From positions 1-64,000 of the forward strand of contig JBIQJB010000001.1 of the NCBI GenBank assembly GCA_044507735.1: a stretch of DNA of 64,000 nucleotides. Direction: 5' to 3'. Made by a program: the position numbers and the translations under genes. Under the pieces are notes generated by a model. That model was not told where the DNA came from. It saw only the letters and a list, made by a program, of their open reading frames with translations, and ran no database searches. Below are positions 20,963 through 31,631 of the stretch, in pieces. Within the stretch, counting starts at the first letter, position 1. Each line of letters begins with the position of its first letter. This DNA comes from Nitrosopumilales archaeon. GTDB taxonomy: Archaea; Thermoproteota; Nitrososphaeria; Nitrososphaerales; Nitrososphaeraceae.

Positions 20963-21724
20963 TCTTTGCTATGTTTTGTGTAGATAGCCATTGATAAGCG
21001 TTGACTACTGCTAGTGCTGAACGGTAGGTCAAGATTCCTGCAATACATATCGAACCTCCCGCAGCTTTCTGTTGCCGATATATACGCACGCAGATTGAGA
21101 AGCCGAGAGGGAAGGTCTGGTACTCTGCAAAGTGACCTCTACTCAAGAAAACTTTTCAAGTTCTTGCTCTGCTGCAAGTTCTTCTTTTGTTCTTCCTTTG
21201 GCAGTATATGAGTGGAATTTGCAATTGAAGATCCTGATAATGATCAAGGTGATTGAACGATGGTGTGGGTGCATGCTCATCGTTTATTCAACAAGAAAAG
21301 CTGGTGATTCGTCCACCGGACACACATTCTTCTCAACGTCTTTTCTATCAAACGAACATGAAAGTAGTTTCAAGTATAATCTTCGAGTATCCTTCAAGAT
21401 TATCAAGAGGAGAGAACGATCTGCATCCGTCTGCAAGCTTGCTCAGCAAAAAATATCATGAATGTATCGAGTGCATGTGGGGGTGGGAAAGCGAAATAAC
21501 GATAATTGCCGCGTTATTCCAAGGGGCGCATATGGCAGTGGCGTCGCCTGTGTGGCATCAGAAGCACGGGCGATGTTGAAATCACCCAATAAGGAAAATT
21601 CCTCTCCCTCCCTAATGAAATAATCATCAGGACTGCAAGAAAAACAAACACGCATGCGTATGACTTAGCTCTTTTCGCTAATAATGAATTTATATGACGA
21701 CTTGCTCGCTTTAACTACATCCCG

Positions 21725-23266
21725 ATGCACGAAGACAAAATCAAGCGCCTGTCTACAATGAAAAAGTCCGCCGAGAACGGCGGAGGCAATGACAAGATTG
21801 AAGCGCAGCATTCGAAGGGCAAATTGACCGCTCGTGAAAGGATTGCGCTTTTGCTCGACGAAGGGACATTTGTGGAGCTGGACAAGTATGTAACTCACAG
21901 AAGCGACGATCCCACTCTGCCAAAGTATTATGGCGATGGGGCTGTTACCGGCTTTGGTACGATTGCCGGCAGGCAGGTTTTCGTATTCTCTTATGATTTC
22001 ACGGTCCTAGGAGGCTCGCTTGGCGAGATGACCGGTAAGAAGATCGTCAAAGCAATGGACCATGCCATGAAGGTCGGCTGCCCAATAATTGGAATAATCG
22101 ACTCTGGAGGAGCCCGTATCCAGGAAGGCGTCATGAGCCTGGATGGCTATGGGGATGTCTTCTTCCGCAACACTATGGCTTCTGGCGTGATACCACAGAT
22201 CACCGCAAGCATCGGGCCATGCGCAGGAGGCGCGGTATATTCTCCGGCGATGACGGATTTTGTGGTGATGGTGGAGAACATTGGCCAGATGTTCGTAACA
22301 GGTCCAGAAGTGGTCAAGGAAGTGCTCAGCCAGGACGTGTCATTTGAAGAGCTGGGTGGCGCACGCGCTCACGCCACCAAGTCCGGAGTTGCTCACTTTA
22401 TCGCCAAGAATGAGTACGAATGCTTTGACAAGATTAAGAAGCTACTCTCGTTCCTGCCACAGAATAATACTGAGGAGCCGTCAATAGTCGAGACAAATGA
22501 CGATCCGAATAGGATTGACCCGGACCTCATCAACAAGCTACCGGAGAACCCATACCAGCAGTATGACATGAAAGAGATTATCAAGTCCCTAGTCGACAAC
22601 GGGGACTTTTTCGAAGTGCACGAGCTCTGGGCGGAGAACATTGTGGTGGGCTTTGCCAGAATGGGTGGCAGGTCGGTTGGCATTGTGGCAAACCAGCCTC
22701 AATACCTCGCAGGAGCTCTTGACATTAATTCATCCAACAAGGCTGCCCGCTTTATCCGGTTCTGCGACGCGTTCAACATCCCGATTGTCACGCTGGTGGA
22801 TACGCCTGGTTATCTGCCTGGGACCGACCAGGAGCACAACGGTATCATCCGCAATGGAAGTAAGCTGCTATTTGCATACTGTGAAGCTACCGTTCCAAAG
22901 GTAACATGCATCATAGGCAAGGCGTATGGAGGTGCGTATATCGCCATGGGCAGCAAGAACCTGCGTGCAGACATCAACTATGCATGGCCAAGCGCAGAGA
23001 TCGCGGTGCTTGGTCCGGAAGCAGCAGTTACGATCATACACCGCAGGGAATTAAAGAACAATCCAAATGCCGCTGAAACAAAGAAAAAGCTTGCAAAGGA
23101 ATATCGAGACAAGTTTGCAAACCCCTATATCGCAGCGGAAAAGGGCATCATCGACGTAGTCATAGACCCGATGGAGACAAGGCCAATGATAATACAAGCG
23201 CTAAACGCCCTTGCAAACAAGAAGGAATCAAGGCCGTGGAAGAAACACGGAAACATCAACCTCTGA
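21725..23266 (+). CDS. pccB: Acetyl-CoA/propionyl-CoA carboxylase carboxyltransferase subunit
   Basis: GKLTARERI, DSGGARIQEG, GKAYGGAY, KKHGNI. Confidence 0.96.
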   Translation: MHEDKIKRLSTMKKSAENGGGNDKIEAQHSKGKLTARERIALLLDEGTFVELDKYVTHRSDDPTLPKYYGDGAVTGFGTIAGRQVFVFSYDFTVLGGSLGEMTGKKIVKAMDHAMKVGCPIIGIIDSGGARIQEGVMSLDGYGDVFFRNTMASGVIPQITASIGPCAGGAVYSPAMTDFVVMVENIGQMFVTGPEVVKEVLSQDVSFEELGGARAHATKSGVAHFIAKNEYECFDKIKKLLSFLPQNNTEEPSIVETNDDPNRIDPDLINKLPENPYQQYDMKEIIKSLVDNGDFFEVHELWAENIVVGFARMGGRSVGIVANQPQYLAGALDINSSNKAARFIRFCDAFNIPIVTLVDTPGYLPGTDQEHNGIIRNGSKLLFAYCEATVPKVTCIIGKAYGGAYIAMGSKNLRADINYAWPSAEIAVLGPEAAVTIIHRRELKNNPNAAETKKKLAKEYRDKFANPYIAAEKGIIDVVIDPMETRPMIIQALNALANKKESRPWKKHGNINL

Positions 23267-23276
23267 TGATGATGCC

Positions 23277-24776
23277 ATGGCAAAGAAAATATCCAGCATT
23301 CTGATCGCGAACAGGGGAGAAATCGCATTACGCGTGATCCGTGCCTGCAAAGAACTCGGCATAAGATCAATAGCGATCTATTCTGACGAAGACACACGCG
23401 CTGTCCACGTCAAGAGAGCCGATGAAGCCTACCACATCGGCCCCGCTCCGCCCGCACAAAGCTATCTTGACATGGCCAAGATCGTCGAGACCGCCAAGTC
23501 AGCGGGCGCGGACGCAATCCACCCTGGCTACGGTTTTCTCTCTGAGAATGAGAACTTTCCAGAATTGTGTGAAAAGAATGGCATTACATTCATCGGTCCG
23601 ACTGCCAAGTCTATGGAAATAACGGGCGACAAGATGAAATGCAAGGCAGTCATGAAAAAGGCCAAGGTCCCAACCGTTCCCGGGAGCGATGGGATTGTTG
23701 AAGACGTAGAAAAGGCCGCAAATATCGCGCATGAAGCCGGCTACCCTGTCCTGCTAAAGTCAGCATTTGGTGGAGGAGGACGCGGCATCAGGCTTGCAAA
23801 CAATGAAAAGCAGTTAAGGCAGGAATTTGAAATGGCATCCGCCGAGTCGCGCGCTGCATTTGGCAAGGCGGCCCTGTTTGTGGAAAAGTACCTTCAAAAG
23901 ATCAGGCACATCGAATTCCAGCTTATCCGCGACTCGCATGGCAACGGCAGGCACCTCTTTGAGCGCGAGTGCTCTATCCAGAGACGTCACCAAAAGCTAA
24001 TCGAACTCTCTCCCTCACCAGTTGTGGACCAAAAAACACGCGAGAGGGTTGGGGAGATAGCAGTTAGGGCTGCAGATGCAGTCGATTACCTGAACGCGGG
24101 CACTGCCGAGTTCCTGCGTGACCCTGAGGGCAACTTTTACTTTATCGAGATAAACTCCCGCCTTCAAGTCGAACATCCTGTGACCGAGCTTGTGACCGGG
24201 CTTGATCTGGTAAAGCTGCAGATAGCAGTAGCCCAAGGCGAAGAGATACCGTTCAAGCAGGAAGACTTGAAGATGCACGGCTGCGCAATCGAATGCAGAA
24301 TCAATGCCGAAGATCCTTTCTACGAGTTTGCGCCATCGACAGGCTTTGTGCCAAACTGCAATATCCCATATGGGCCTGGGATCAGAGTAGACACCTACCT
24401 GTATCCTGGCTGCAACGTGTCTGGGTACTATGACTCACTCACGGCCAAACTGCTAGCATGGGGCAGCGACTTTAACGAGGCACGAGTCAGGATGAAGAAC
24501 GCGCTAGATGAGTTTACGATTGAGGGCATTAATACCACGATCCCGCTCTACAGGACTATAATGGACGAGCCTAACTTTATCAAAGGCGATCTCTCGACTG
24601 ATTACCTTGAGCGCTTCAAGGTATTCGACAGGATGATGGAACAGTCAAAGGAGGAGGCCAAGAAGAGAGCTCGGGCTGCCGTTGCCGCAGCGCTACTCCA
24701 GTCAGAGTTTGTGAAAAAGGCAAATTCTGTCAGAGCATCGACGACAGCAAAATCAAAATGGAAGATGATGGTTTAG
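23277..24776 (+). CDS. accC: Biotin carboxylase subunit
   Basis: ILIANRGEIA, HPGYGFLSEN, ECSIQRRHQK, RLQVEHPVTE; start at ATG 23277. Confidence 0.97.
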   Translation: MAKKISSILIANRGEIALRVIRACKELGIRSIAIYSDEDTRAVHVKRADEAYHIGPAPPAQSYLDMAKIVETAKSAGADAIHPGYGFLSENENFPELCEKNGITFIGPTAKSMEITGDKMKCKAVMKKAKVPTVPGSDGIVEDVEKAANIAHEAGYPVLLKSAFGGGGRGIRLANNEKQLRQEFEMASAESRAAFGKAALFVEKYLQKIRHIEFQLIRDSHGNGRHLFERECSIQRRHQKLIELSPSPVVDQKTRERVGEIAVRAADAVDYLNAGTAEFLRDPEGNFYFIEINSRLQVEHPVTELVTGLDLVKLQIAVAQGEEIPFKQEDLKMHGCAIECRINAEDPFYEFAPSTGFVPNCNIPYGPGIRVDTYLYPGCNVSGYYDSLTAKLLAWGSDFNEARVRMKNALDEFTIEGINTTIPLYRTIMDEPNFIKGDLSTDYLERFKVFDRMMEQSKEEAKKRARAAVAAALLQSEFVKKANSVRASTTAKSKWKMMV

Positions 24777-24780
24777 CACA

Positions 24781-25293
24781 ATGGAATACAAAGTCGACGA
24801 CCTTGCAGAGATGTTAGATGGACAGGTGCTGCGTAGCACCGACAAGAATTCGGTACTCGTCAAGATTGCAGGCAAGCAGCACAACCTGCGTCTACTCAAG
24901 ACAGGTACAAACGAGTTTGAATTCATACTTGACAACACTTTTCACCATGCCAAGATCCTCCAGTCGGGCAGCTCCGAAGTCAAACTGATGATCGACGGCC
25001 AGCCCGTGACCTTGAAGAAACACAGCAAGTTGACAGAAGTGCTTGAAAAGGCCTCTGCAAATGCTGGCGCCGGTGGAGGAGATAGGAACCTGACGAGCCA
25101 GATCCCTGGCAGGGTCGTAAACATTGCTGCCAAGCCTGGAACTGAAGTCAAGAAGGGTGACGTGATTGTCGTTCTTGAGTCGATGAAGATGCAGGTCGCA
25201 ATGAAGGCTCACAAGGATGGCATTTTGAAGGAGATAAAAGTAAAACAGGGAGCCAGCGTATCACGGAACGATGTGCTGGCCGTTATCGAATAG
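24781..25293 (+). CDS. accB: Biotin carboxyl carrier protein
   Basis: ESMKM biotinylation motif. Confidence 0.95.
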   Translation: MEYKVDDLAEMLDGQVLRSTDKNSVLVKIAGKQHNLRLLKTGTNEFEFILDNTFHHAKILQSGSSEVKLMIDGQPVTLKKHSKLTEVLEKASANAGAGGGDRNLTSQIPGRVVNIAAKPGTEVKKGDVIVVLESMKMQVAMKAHKDGILKEIKVKQGASVSRNDVLAVIE

Positions 25294-25308
25294 CTAATCT
25301 GCTTTTTC

Positions 25309-25806
25309 CTATTTTGTCTTCTTTAGAGCTTCTTTGATCTCGTCGTAGTTGGGTTCTATCATAGGGTTGTCAGAGATCCACCTATAGATCACCTTGCCAT
25401 TTTCGTCAAGGATGAACACGGACCTCTTCGCGGCATCATAGCCTTCGAGCGATGCGAGCTTGTTCAGCACGATTCCATATTTTCTAATGACTTCGCGCCT
25501 ATAGTCTGACAGCACTGGAAAGTTAAGGTGGCGGTTCTGTACAAAGAACTTGTTTGCAAAAGGCCCATCAACCGAAATGCCGACTACATTTGCGCCCAAG
25601 TCGCGCAGGGAATCAAGCGAGTCGCGCAGAGCACACATTTCTGCGGTACATACCGGGGACTCGGCCGCTGGGAAGAACGCAAGAATCGTCTTCTTTCCAA
25701 GGAATTCGGAGAGTTTGCGCATTTTCATGTCTGGATCAGGCAGTTCAAAGTGCGGTGCTGTATCTCCTATGTTTGGTGGTGCTGAAGAAAGTGATGCACT
25801 AGACAT
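25309..25806 (-). CDS. bcp: Peroxiredoxin (BCP/PrxQ)
   Basis: FFPAAESPVCTAEMC, RSVFILD. Confidence 0.9.
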   Translation of the reverse strand: MSSASLSSAPPNIGDTAPHFELPDPDMKMRKLSEFLGKKTILAFFPAAESPVCTAEMCALRDSLDSLRDLGANVVGISVDGPFANKFFVQNRHLNFPVLSDYRREVIRKYGIVLNKLASLEGYDAAKRSVFILDENGKVIYRWISDNPMIEPNYDEIKEALKKTK

Positions 25807-25841
25807 GAAAGTACATCTGCGAATCTCACAATAAAAACATT

Positions 25842-27035
25842 TCAGGAATGATGAGCATACTTGCTCTTGAATGGAGAAAGCTCGCGGAGCTCCTTTACCA
25901 CGGCGGCCAGCACCGTGACAGTCCTGTCGATCTCATCTTTGGTGTTGTGCATTCCAAGGCTCAGTCGCAGCGAGCCCGTTATCTCTTCATAGGAAAAGCC
26001 CATTGCCTTGAGCACGTGGGATGGCTTTTGCTTCTTGACCGAGCATGCTGATCCTGTGGATGCGGCCACGCCGTTTTCATCCAGCTTTATTATCAGGTCC
26101 TCGCCGTTCACCCCAAAGAAGGTGAAATGCGCATTGTTTGGAATCCTGCCGTCTCTTGATCCGTTGAGCCTCGAATGTGGTATTTCTCTCAATACTTTTT
26201 GAATGAGATAATCTCGCAGTCCTGACACCTGCTCTGTGTACTGACCAATCCTCTTTGTCGCTATCTCGCAGGCCTTGCCAAAGCCGACAATCCCCGGGAC
26301 ATTTTCGGTGCCTGATCGCAATTCCGACTCTTGTCCTCCCCCATGGATTATTGGAGATATTTCCAGCCCTGATCTGACGTAGAGAGCGCCTATGCCCTTT
26401 GGCCCGTTTATTTTGTGTGAAGACATGGACATCATATCCACCTTCAGATCTTTGACGTTTATCGGGATCTTGCCTGCGGCCTGTACTGCATCAGTGTGGA
26501 ACAGCGCGCCAGCCCGGTGCGCTATCTCTACAAGTTCCTTTATTGGCTGTATCGTGCCGACTTCGTTATTTGCGTACATGATGCTGACAAGCGAAACATC
26601 GTCTGAAATTGCAGCCTCGAGGTCAGCCGGCCTGACCAGTCCTTCTCGCGTGACCGGCAAGTATGTGACATTAAAGCCCCACCTCTCAAGATCTCTGCAT
26701 GGTTCGAGCACCGCATCGTGCTCAATGCTGCTAGTGATTATCCTGTTCCTTTCAGGTGATTTGCTCCTGACCTGAACAGCTGCGCCCTTAACTGCAAGGT
26801 TGTCCGCTTCGGTGCCGCCAGAGGTGAACGTTATCTCGCGCATCGATGCGCCAATCATTTCCGCTACGCGTTTTCGCGCAAGCTGTATCGCGCGGGTGGT
26901 TTCCCTGCCAAACTTGTGTATGGACGAAGGGTTGCCATACTGTTGCTTCATGTATGGAAGCATTTCCGCGATAACTTCGTCGACAACTGGAGTCGACGCC
27001 GCGTTGTCAAGGTAAATGTGATGTTCCTCAGTCAT
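25842..27035 (-). CDS. iscS: Cysteine desulfurase (IscS/NifS)
   Basis: YLDNAAST, SSHKINGPKG, STGSACS. Confidence 0.95.
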   Translation of the reverse strand: MTEEHHIYLDNAASTPVVDEVIAEMLPYMKQQYGNPSSIHKFGRETTRAIQLARKRVAEMIGASMREITFTSGGTEADNLAVKGAAVQVRSKSPERNRIITSSIEHDAVLEPCRDLERWGFNVTYLPVTREGLVRPADLEAAISDDVSLVSIMYANNEVGTIQPIKELVEIAHRAGALFHTDAVQAAGKIPINVKDLKVDMMSMSSHKINGPKGIGALYVRSGLEISPIIHGGGQESELRSGTENVPGIVGFGKACEIATKRIGQYTEQVSGLRDYLIQKVLREIPHSRLNGSRDGRIPNNAHFTFFGVNGEDLIIKLDENGVAASTGSACSVKKQKPSHVLKAMGFSYEEITGSLRLSLGMHNTKDEIDRTVTVLAAVVKELRELSPFKSKYAHHS

Positions 27036-27847
27036 TTACTAACCATCACCAGATTGCCTGTCCTGTACCCGCCTGCGTCCAATGTAACAAACTTGTAGCC
27101 TATTTCCTTCAGCTTGCGGTCGAGAAAAGTCAGCCTGTCTGTGTCAAACATTTTCTGCAGTTCGTCCTTGCCAACCTCTATCCTTGCAAGCTCGCCGTGG
27201 TCTCTGACACGCACCTGACGGACACTGAAAATTGTTTTTACAATGATCTCGGCGCTTTCAATCCTCTGTAACTTCTCGTATGTGACCTTGTCACCTGTGG
27301 GGATTCTTGATGCGAGGCAAGCATTTGATGGCTTGTCGTAGACCGAGAGGCCAAAATGCTTGGCAATCTCGCGTATCTCTGGCTTTGTCAGGCCAACCTC
27401 GACCATCGGGCTCCTCACTCCGTTCTCCCGGAGCGCCCTGATACCGGGCCGATAATCTGTCAGATCGTCAGCATTCGTGCCGTCAACTACAAGTGCAATT
27501 CCTGCCCTTCGCGCTTCCTCAGCAAGGTGCTGCCCAAGCTCTGTCCTACAATGGTAGCAGCGCAAGTGGTCGTTTTTCACAAACTCGGGATTTTCTAGCT
27601 CATCATATTCTATAATTCTGTGTTTGATGCCTATCTCCTTTGCGACCCGTCTGGCCGTGTCAAGCTCTTCTTCTGCAAGCGTCTTGTAGTCTGCAGTTAT
27701 GGCTAATGCATTTTCGCCAAGCGCTTTTTTTGCCGCAAGGGCTACAACAGCGCTGTCAACGCCCCCCGAAAGTGCTACTATTGCACTATGTCCATTCTTG
27801 GAAAACCAATCCAGTAGCTTGTTGAACGATTCAGCATTATCATTCAT
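27032..27847 (-). CDS. larE: NPN cofactor sulfur transferase LarE
   Basis: SGGVDS PP-loop, RCYHC, DYRPG, SNACLASR. Confidence 0.92.
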   Translation of the reverse strand: MNDNAESFNKLLDWFSKNGHSAIVALSGGVDSAVVALAAKKALGENALAITADYKTLAEEELDTARRVAKEIGIKHRIIEYDELENPEFVKNDHLRCYHCRTELGQHLAEEARRAGIALVVDGTNADDLTDYRPGIRALRENGVRSPMVEVGLTKPEIREIAKHFGLSVYDKPSNACLASRIPTGDKVTYEKLQRIESAEIIVKTIFSVRQVRVRDHGELARIEVGKDELQKMFDTDRLTFLDRKLKEIGYKFVTLDAGGYRTGNLVMVSK

Positions 27848-29104
27848 CTACATGACACCCTTGCCTGCCATCCTTTTCATAACTTGTGCACTTACTAGCT
27901 CCAAAACCCTCTTGACAGGCATCTGACATCTCGCCGCGATTGTCTTGATGTCTTGAAATTCGGGCTTTGCATACGTCACGTCCCCTGCAGAGTTCTTGAC
28001 AACTTTTACATGCACGCTAAATGTGGTTCCTTTTACATCAACCGGGATGGTGAGAATGGTCCGTGGGAGGATATACCGTTCTATTTCCTGCACCCTTGCC
28101 CCAAGCGTACCCGATTCGCTAAACAGTACCTCAAGCACATTGTTTAGATCTCTGTTTTCTGATATAATCCTAATGAGGTAAGCCGGCCTGCTCTTCTTGG
28201 TGATGCAAGGTACAACGGTCACGTCCTTGGCAATTTCTGACAGCCGTTCAGTCAGATTGCCGACAAGCTCGCCAGACACGTCGTCGATATTTGTCTCTAT
28301 CATGCAGACGCTATCTCTGGTTGTCTCGGTGACAACATGCGAAGTCCCTACAAGAACGCGTACGACATTGGCAAAGCCTTCAAACTCTTTTGTGCCAGCG
28401 CCATACCCGATCTTTTCCGGGGAAATGCTTGGGTAGTAGTCGATGCTGCCTTGGGCAAGGTTGACAAGCATGGCTGCGCCTGTTGGCGTCGTGAGCTCGT
28501 CCTCTACGAGTCCTCCTGTCAGCACAAATTGCCTGTTCTTGAAAATTTCAAGGATCGCACCCGCAGGGTTGGGAACAGCACCGTGTGAAAATCTCAACAG
28601 ACCTCCCCCGACTGCCACCTTGGTAGAATATATTTTGCCATCGAACAATTTCAAATCCTGCAGTGCTGTGGCGCACCCTACTAGGTCCACGAGCGTGTCA
28701 ATACTCGAGGCTTCATGCAGGTGAACGGTATCAAAGTTCTCGCCGTGGATTTTGGCTTCTGCAGAAATTATTGTCCTGAGAGATTCGAGTGCAAACGTCT
28801 TGGCTTTTTGTTCCAGCCCAATCGAGTCACAGCAGCGCTCAAGGGAGCGTTGCATCTCTGTGCCCTTGCGCTCGTGTACTCTATCGGTGTATTTTATCTG
28901 GAGTTGTGTTGCGGCGAAGCCGTGTGATACTACTCTTGCAAAGTTTGCCTTGGATATCTTGCTTCCATGGAGGAAATCCTGACAAGCAAAGATTGCATCG
29001 ATGACCTTTGTTTTGCTGGCTCCTGCGTCCACCAGGCTTGACATGAGCATGTCGCCAGCAATGCCGGCTACCTGCGAGTCAATTACCGCAATCCGCTTCG
29101 CCAT
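27848..29104 (-). CDS. larC: NPN cofactor nickel insertase LarC
   Basis: GIAGDM, VHLHE, ELTTPTGAA, ETNIDD, KKSRP, KPEF. Confidence 0.92.
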   Translation of the reverse strand: MAKRIAVIDSQVAGIAGDMLMSSLVDAGASKTKVIDAIFACQDFLHGSKISKANFARVVSHGFAATQLQIKYTDRVHERKGTEMQRSLERCCDSIGLEQKAKTFALESLRTIISAEAKIHGENFDTVHLHEASSIDTLVDLVGCATALQDLKLFDGKIYSTKVAVGGGLLRFSHGAVPNPAGAILEIFKNRQFVLTGGLVEDELTTPTGAAMLVNLAQGSIDYYPSISPEKIGYGAGTKEFEGFANVVRVLVGTSHVVTETTRDSVCMIETNIDDVSGELVGNLTERLSEIAKDVTVVPCITKKSRPAYLIRIISENRDLNNVLEVLFSESGTLGARVQEIERYILPRTILTIPVDVKGTTFSVHVKVVKNSAGDVTYAKPEFQDIKTIAARCQMPVKRVLELVSAQVMKRMAGKGVM

Positions 29105-29144
29105 TTATCCTGGAGCCATGTACCCTGCGTTGCTTTATATCGCT

Positions 29145-29714
29145 TTATACTTTGAGTTCCATGCTGTCTAGTCGTTCGAATTCTGCCCGCAGCTCTTCCT
29201 GATCCTCGTCTCCGTAAATGATCAGGATCCTATCATTGTCTCGCAAGACATAGTCCATTATGGAGCTTACTTCATCGCCGTTGACAAAGAACCTGAGCGT
29301 CTTGCCGCTGTTGCTATCGTTGCAGAATTGGTTTCCGTTGTTAAGGATAAAACATCCATCGCGAATGTCCATGCCCACGCTGCGCAGGTATTCTCCAATA
29401 GGTACCTTGGTGGAGTGCTTGTGGATGGTAGTGCCGTCGCCTCCTTCGAAGTGGATGAACTGGTTACCTGTACTGCTGATTTGGTACTGCCGCTGGCTAA
29501 AGTCGACATATTGACCGTCGAGCTTTATCGCAAAGATCGCATGTTCATGAGCGGATCCGAGTGGTCCAAAGTCTGGGCCAGGTGGAGCCAAAACGACTGC
29601 CGCCGCGCCTGCAACGACAACTGCAGCTATTATCGGAATGATTATCATCATATATTTTCTGTTCTTGCGCCGGCTTGCAGCAAAGTAGCTGTCGTCGCGC
29701 TTTTTCTTTGACAA
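29145..29714 (-). CDS. Membrane-anchored His-motif hypothetical protein
   Basis: Basic N-terminus + TM; HEHA, FIHFE, IHKH. Confidence 0.8.
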   Translation of the reverse strand: MSKKKRDDSYFAASRRKNRKYMMIIIPIIAAVVVAGAAAVVLAPPGPDFGPLGSAHEHAIFAIKLDGQYVDFSQRQYQISSTGNQFIHFEGGDGTTIHKHSTKVPIGEYLRSVGMDIRDGCFILNNGNQFCNDSNSGKTLRFFVNGDEVSSIMDYVLRDNDRILIIYGDEDQEELRAEFERLDSMELKV

Positions 29715-29806
29715 TCTGCTAGTAGATTCATGTCCCCGTCAATTTAAAGTTGTTCCGGCACTCTATCACAATTTATATAAGCAGTCTCGGTTGCACCTTC
29801 TCGAGT

Positions 29807-30724
29807 ATGACAATTACAATAATTGGATCCGGCAAAGTGGGCGCATCGGCCGCGCTCAACTGCGGCCTTAGAGAGCTTGACAGGGACATATTGCTTCTTG
29901 ATATCGTGCAGGGGCTTCCACAGGGAGAGGCAATGGATATCAACCACCAGCTGTCGGAGAGAGGATCTGACTCTGTGGCAAGAGGCTCCAACAACTATGA
30001 AGACATGCGGGGCTCTGACTATATCGTGCTCGTGGCAGGCGTGGGCAGAAAGCCGGGCATGACCAGAATGGATCTGCTCAAGACGAATGCCGGAATTGTC
30101 AAAGACGTCGCTTCAAAAATTGCGTCTTTTGCAAAAGATGCCACTATTGTTGTAGTCACAAACCCGCTTGATCCGATGACCTATCTTGCGCTCAAGACCG
30201 TTGGAGCGAAAAAGAACAAGGTGATGGGGATGGGTGGCATGCTGGATCTTTCAAGGTTCAAGAGCTTTATTCAAGATGCAACCCAACTTTCCAGAGATTC
30301 TATCCAGGCGATGGTGATAAGCGAGCATGGAGAAAACATGCTGCCTCTGACGAGGTTCTCATCAATTGGTGGAATCCCGCTGCACGAGTTCATATCAAAG
30401 GACAAGGCGATGGAGATCTTTGAAAAGACAAGAAAAGTTGCTGCAGAAGTAATTGCTCTAAAGGGCGCGACAGTGTACGCACCGGGCAACGCTGTAGCAA
30501 CGATGCTTGAATCTACAATCAAGGACAAAAAGCTGGTCATACCGGTTTCTGCGCTACTTGAAGGAGAATATGGTGTCTCTGACCTCTGCATCGGCGTACC
30601 TGCGGTGATTGGCGCGGACGGAGTAGAGCGCATAATCGAGCTAAAGCTTGACAGCTTCGAACAAGACATCTTTAACAAGGGCGTGGCAAGCGTAAAGGAA
30701 GCTATCAAGGCGCTGCCGGCCTAG
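29807..30724 (+). CDS. mdh: LDH-like malate dehydrogenase
   Basis: [32 protein letters not shown]; TATA TTTATATAA about 30 nt upstream of ATG 29807. Confidence 0.93.
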   Translation: MTITIIGSGKVGASAALNCGLRELDRDILLLDIVQGLPQGEAMDINHQLSERGSDSVARGSNNYEDMRGSDYIVLVAGVGRKPGMTRMDLLKTNAGIVKDVASKIASFAKDATIVVVTNPLDPMTYLALKTVGAKKNKVMGMGGMLDLSRFKSFIQDATQLSRDSIQAMVISEHGENMLPLTRFSSIGGIPLHEFISKDKAMEIFEKTRKVAAEVIALKGATVYAPGNAVATMLESTIKDKKLVIPVSALLEGEYGVSDLCIGVPAVIGADGVERIIELKLDSFEQDIFNKGVASVKEAIKALPA

Positions 30725-30776
30725 GCAAACAATCCTTTTATTCTCTTTTTGTTGAATAGCAAGCTGGCCAAAAGAT

Positions 30777-31562
30777 ATGGCTGACCTGCGCTCGATACTC
30801 GACAGGTTTGCAAACGGAACACTGAGCCTCTCAGACGTTGAGAAAGAGATCTCTATTCATGCTATCGAAAAGATTGGAGACATTGCCAAACTGGACATCA
30901 ACCGGGAGATGCGCAAGGGCATGCCAGAGATAATCTTTACAGAGAACAAGGAATTCAAGGACATCATCAGAATCGCGATTGCAGCGATCCGGAAAAACGG
31001 GCAAGTAGTGGTGAGCAGGATAAGAAAGAACGAAGTATCAAAGGTTGCAGCTGCGCTGCGGAGAAAACACATGATAGTGGAGTTGGGGAGAAACAGCACG
31101 ACGCTTCTTGCTTCTGACAAGTCTTTTGGCAGAAAGATGATAGCCGGCGCCAGTATTGGAATCATGGCAGCGGGCACGTCAGACATCGGGGTCGCAGAAG
31201 AAGCGCGCCTTGTGGCAAAGGCCATGGGCTGCGGCGCGGTAGCCAGCTATGACATCGGGATAGCAGGCATGCACAGATTGTTCCCTGCGCTCAAGGAGAT
31301 GATGTCGCAGCAAGTCGGCGCCATAGTCGTTGTGGCAGGCATGGAAGGCGCTCTCGCATCTGTGGTGGCATCGATGGTCGATGTCCCAGTAGTAGGAGTC
31401 CCAACTTCGGTTGGATATGGATTTGGTGGAAACGGCATTGCAGCACTGGCGTCAATGCTCCAGAGCTGCACGCTGGGCCTCGCAGTGATGAACATTGACA
31501 ATGGCGTTGGGGCTGGCGCATACGCAGCAACGATTGCTAGAAGAACCGCGAAGAGGAATTAG
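30777..31562 (+). CDS. larB: NPN cofactor carboxylase/hydrolase LarB
   Basis: AGTSDI, DIGIAG.HRL, AGMEGAL, PTSVGYG, NIDNG. Confidence 0.93.
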   Translation: MADLRSILDRFANGTLSLSDVEKEISIHAIEKIGDIAKLDINREMRKGMPEIIFTENKEFKDIIRIAIAAIRKNGQVVVSRIRKNEVSKVAAALRRKHMIVELGRNSTTLLASDKSFGRKMIAGASIGIMAAGTSDIGVAEEARLVAKAMGCGAVASYDIGIAGMHRLFPALKEMMSQQVGAIVVVAGMEGALASVVASMVDVPVVGVPTSVGYGFGGNGIAALASMLQSCTLGLAVMNIDNGVGAGAYAATIARRTAKRN

Positions 31563-31631
31563 GAGAATCGTAAAACGTTTATAAGTGCTTTACATTTGTT
31601 GCTTCTCTAATCGTTGATTGGTGGATAACTG

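Noticed and set aside
20963-21724. ORFs in the long spacer before the acc operon, including a 47-aa minus-strand ORF faintly like DUF1059
   Set aside because: No convincing motifs or start signals; probably regulatory or decayed DNA
21725-25293. Acetyl/propionyl-CoA carboxylase cluster as a novelty
   Set aside because: Expected component of the AOA 3-hydroxypropionate/4-hydroxybutyrate cycle
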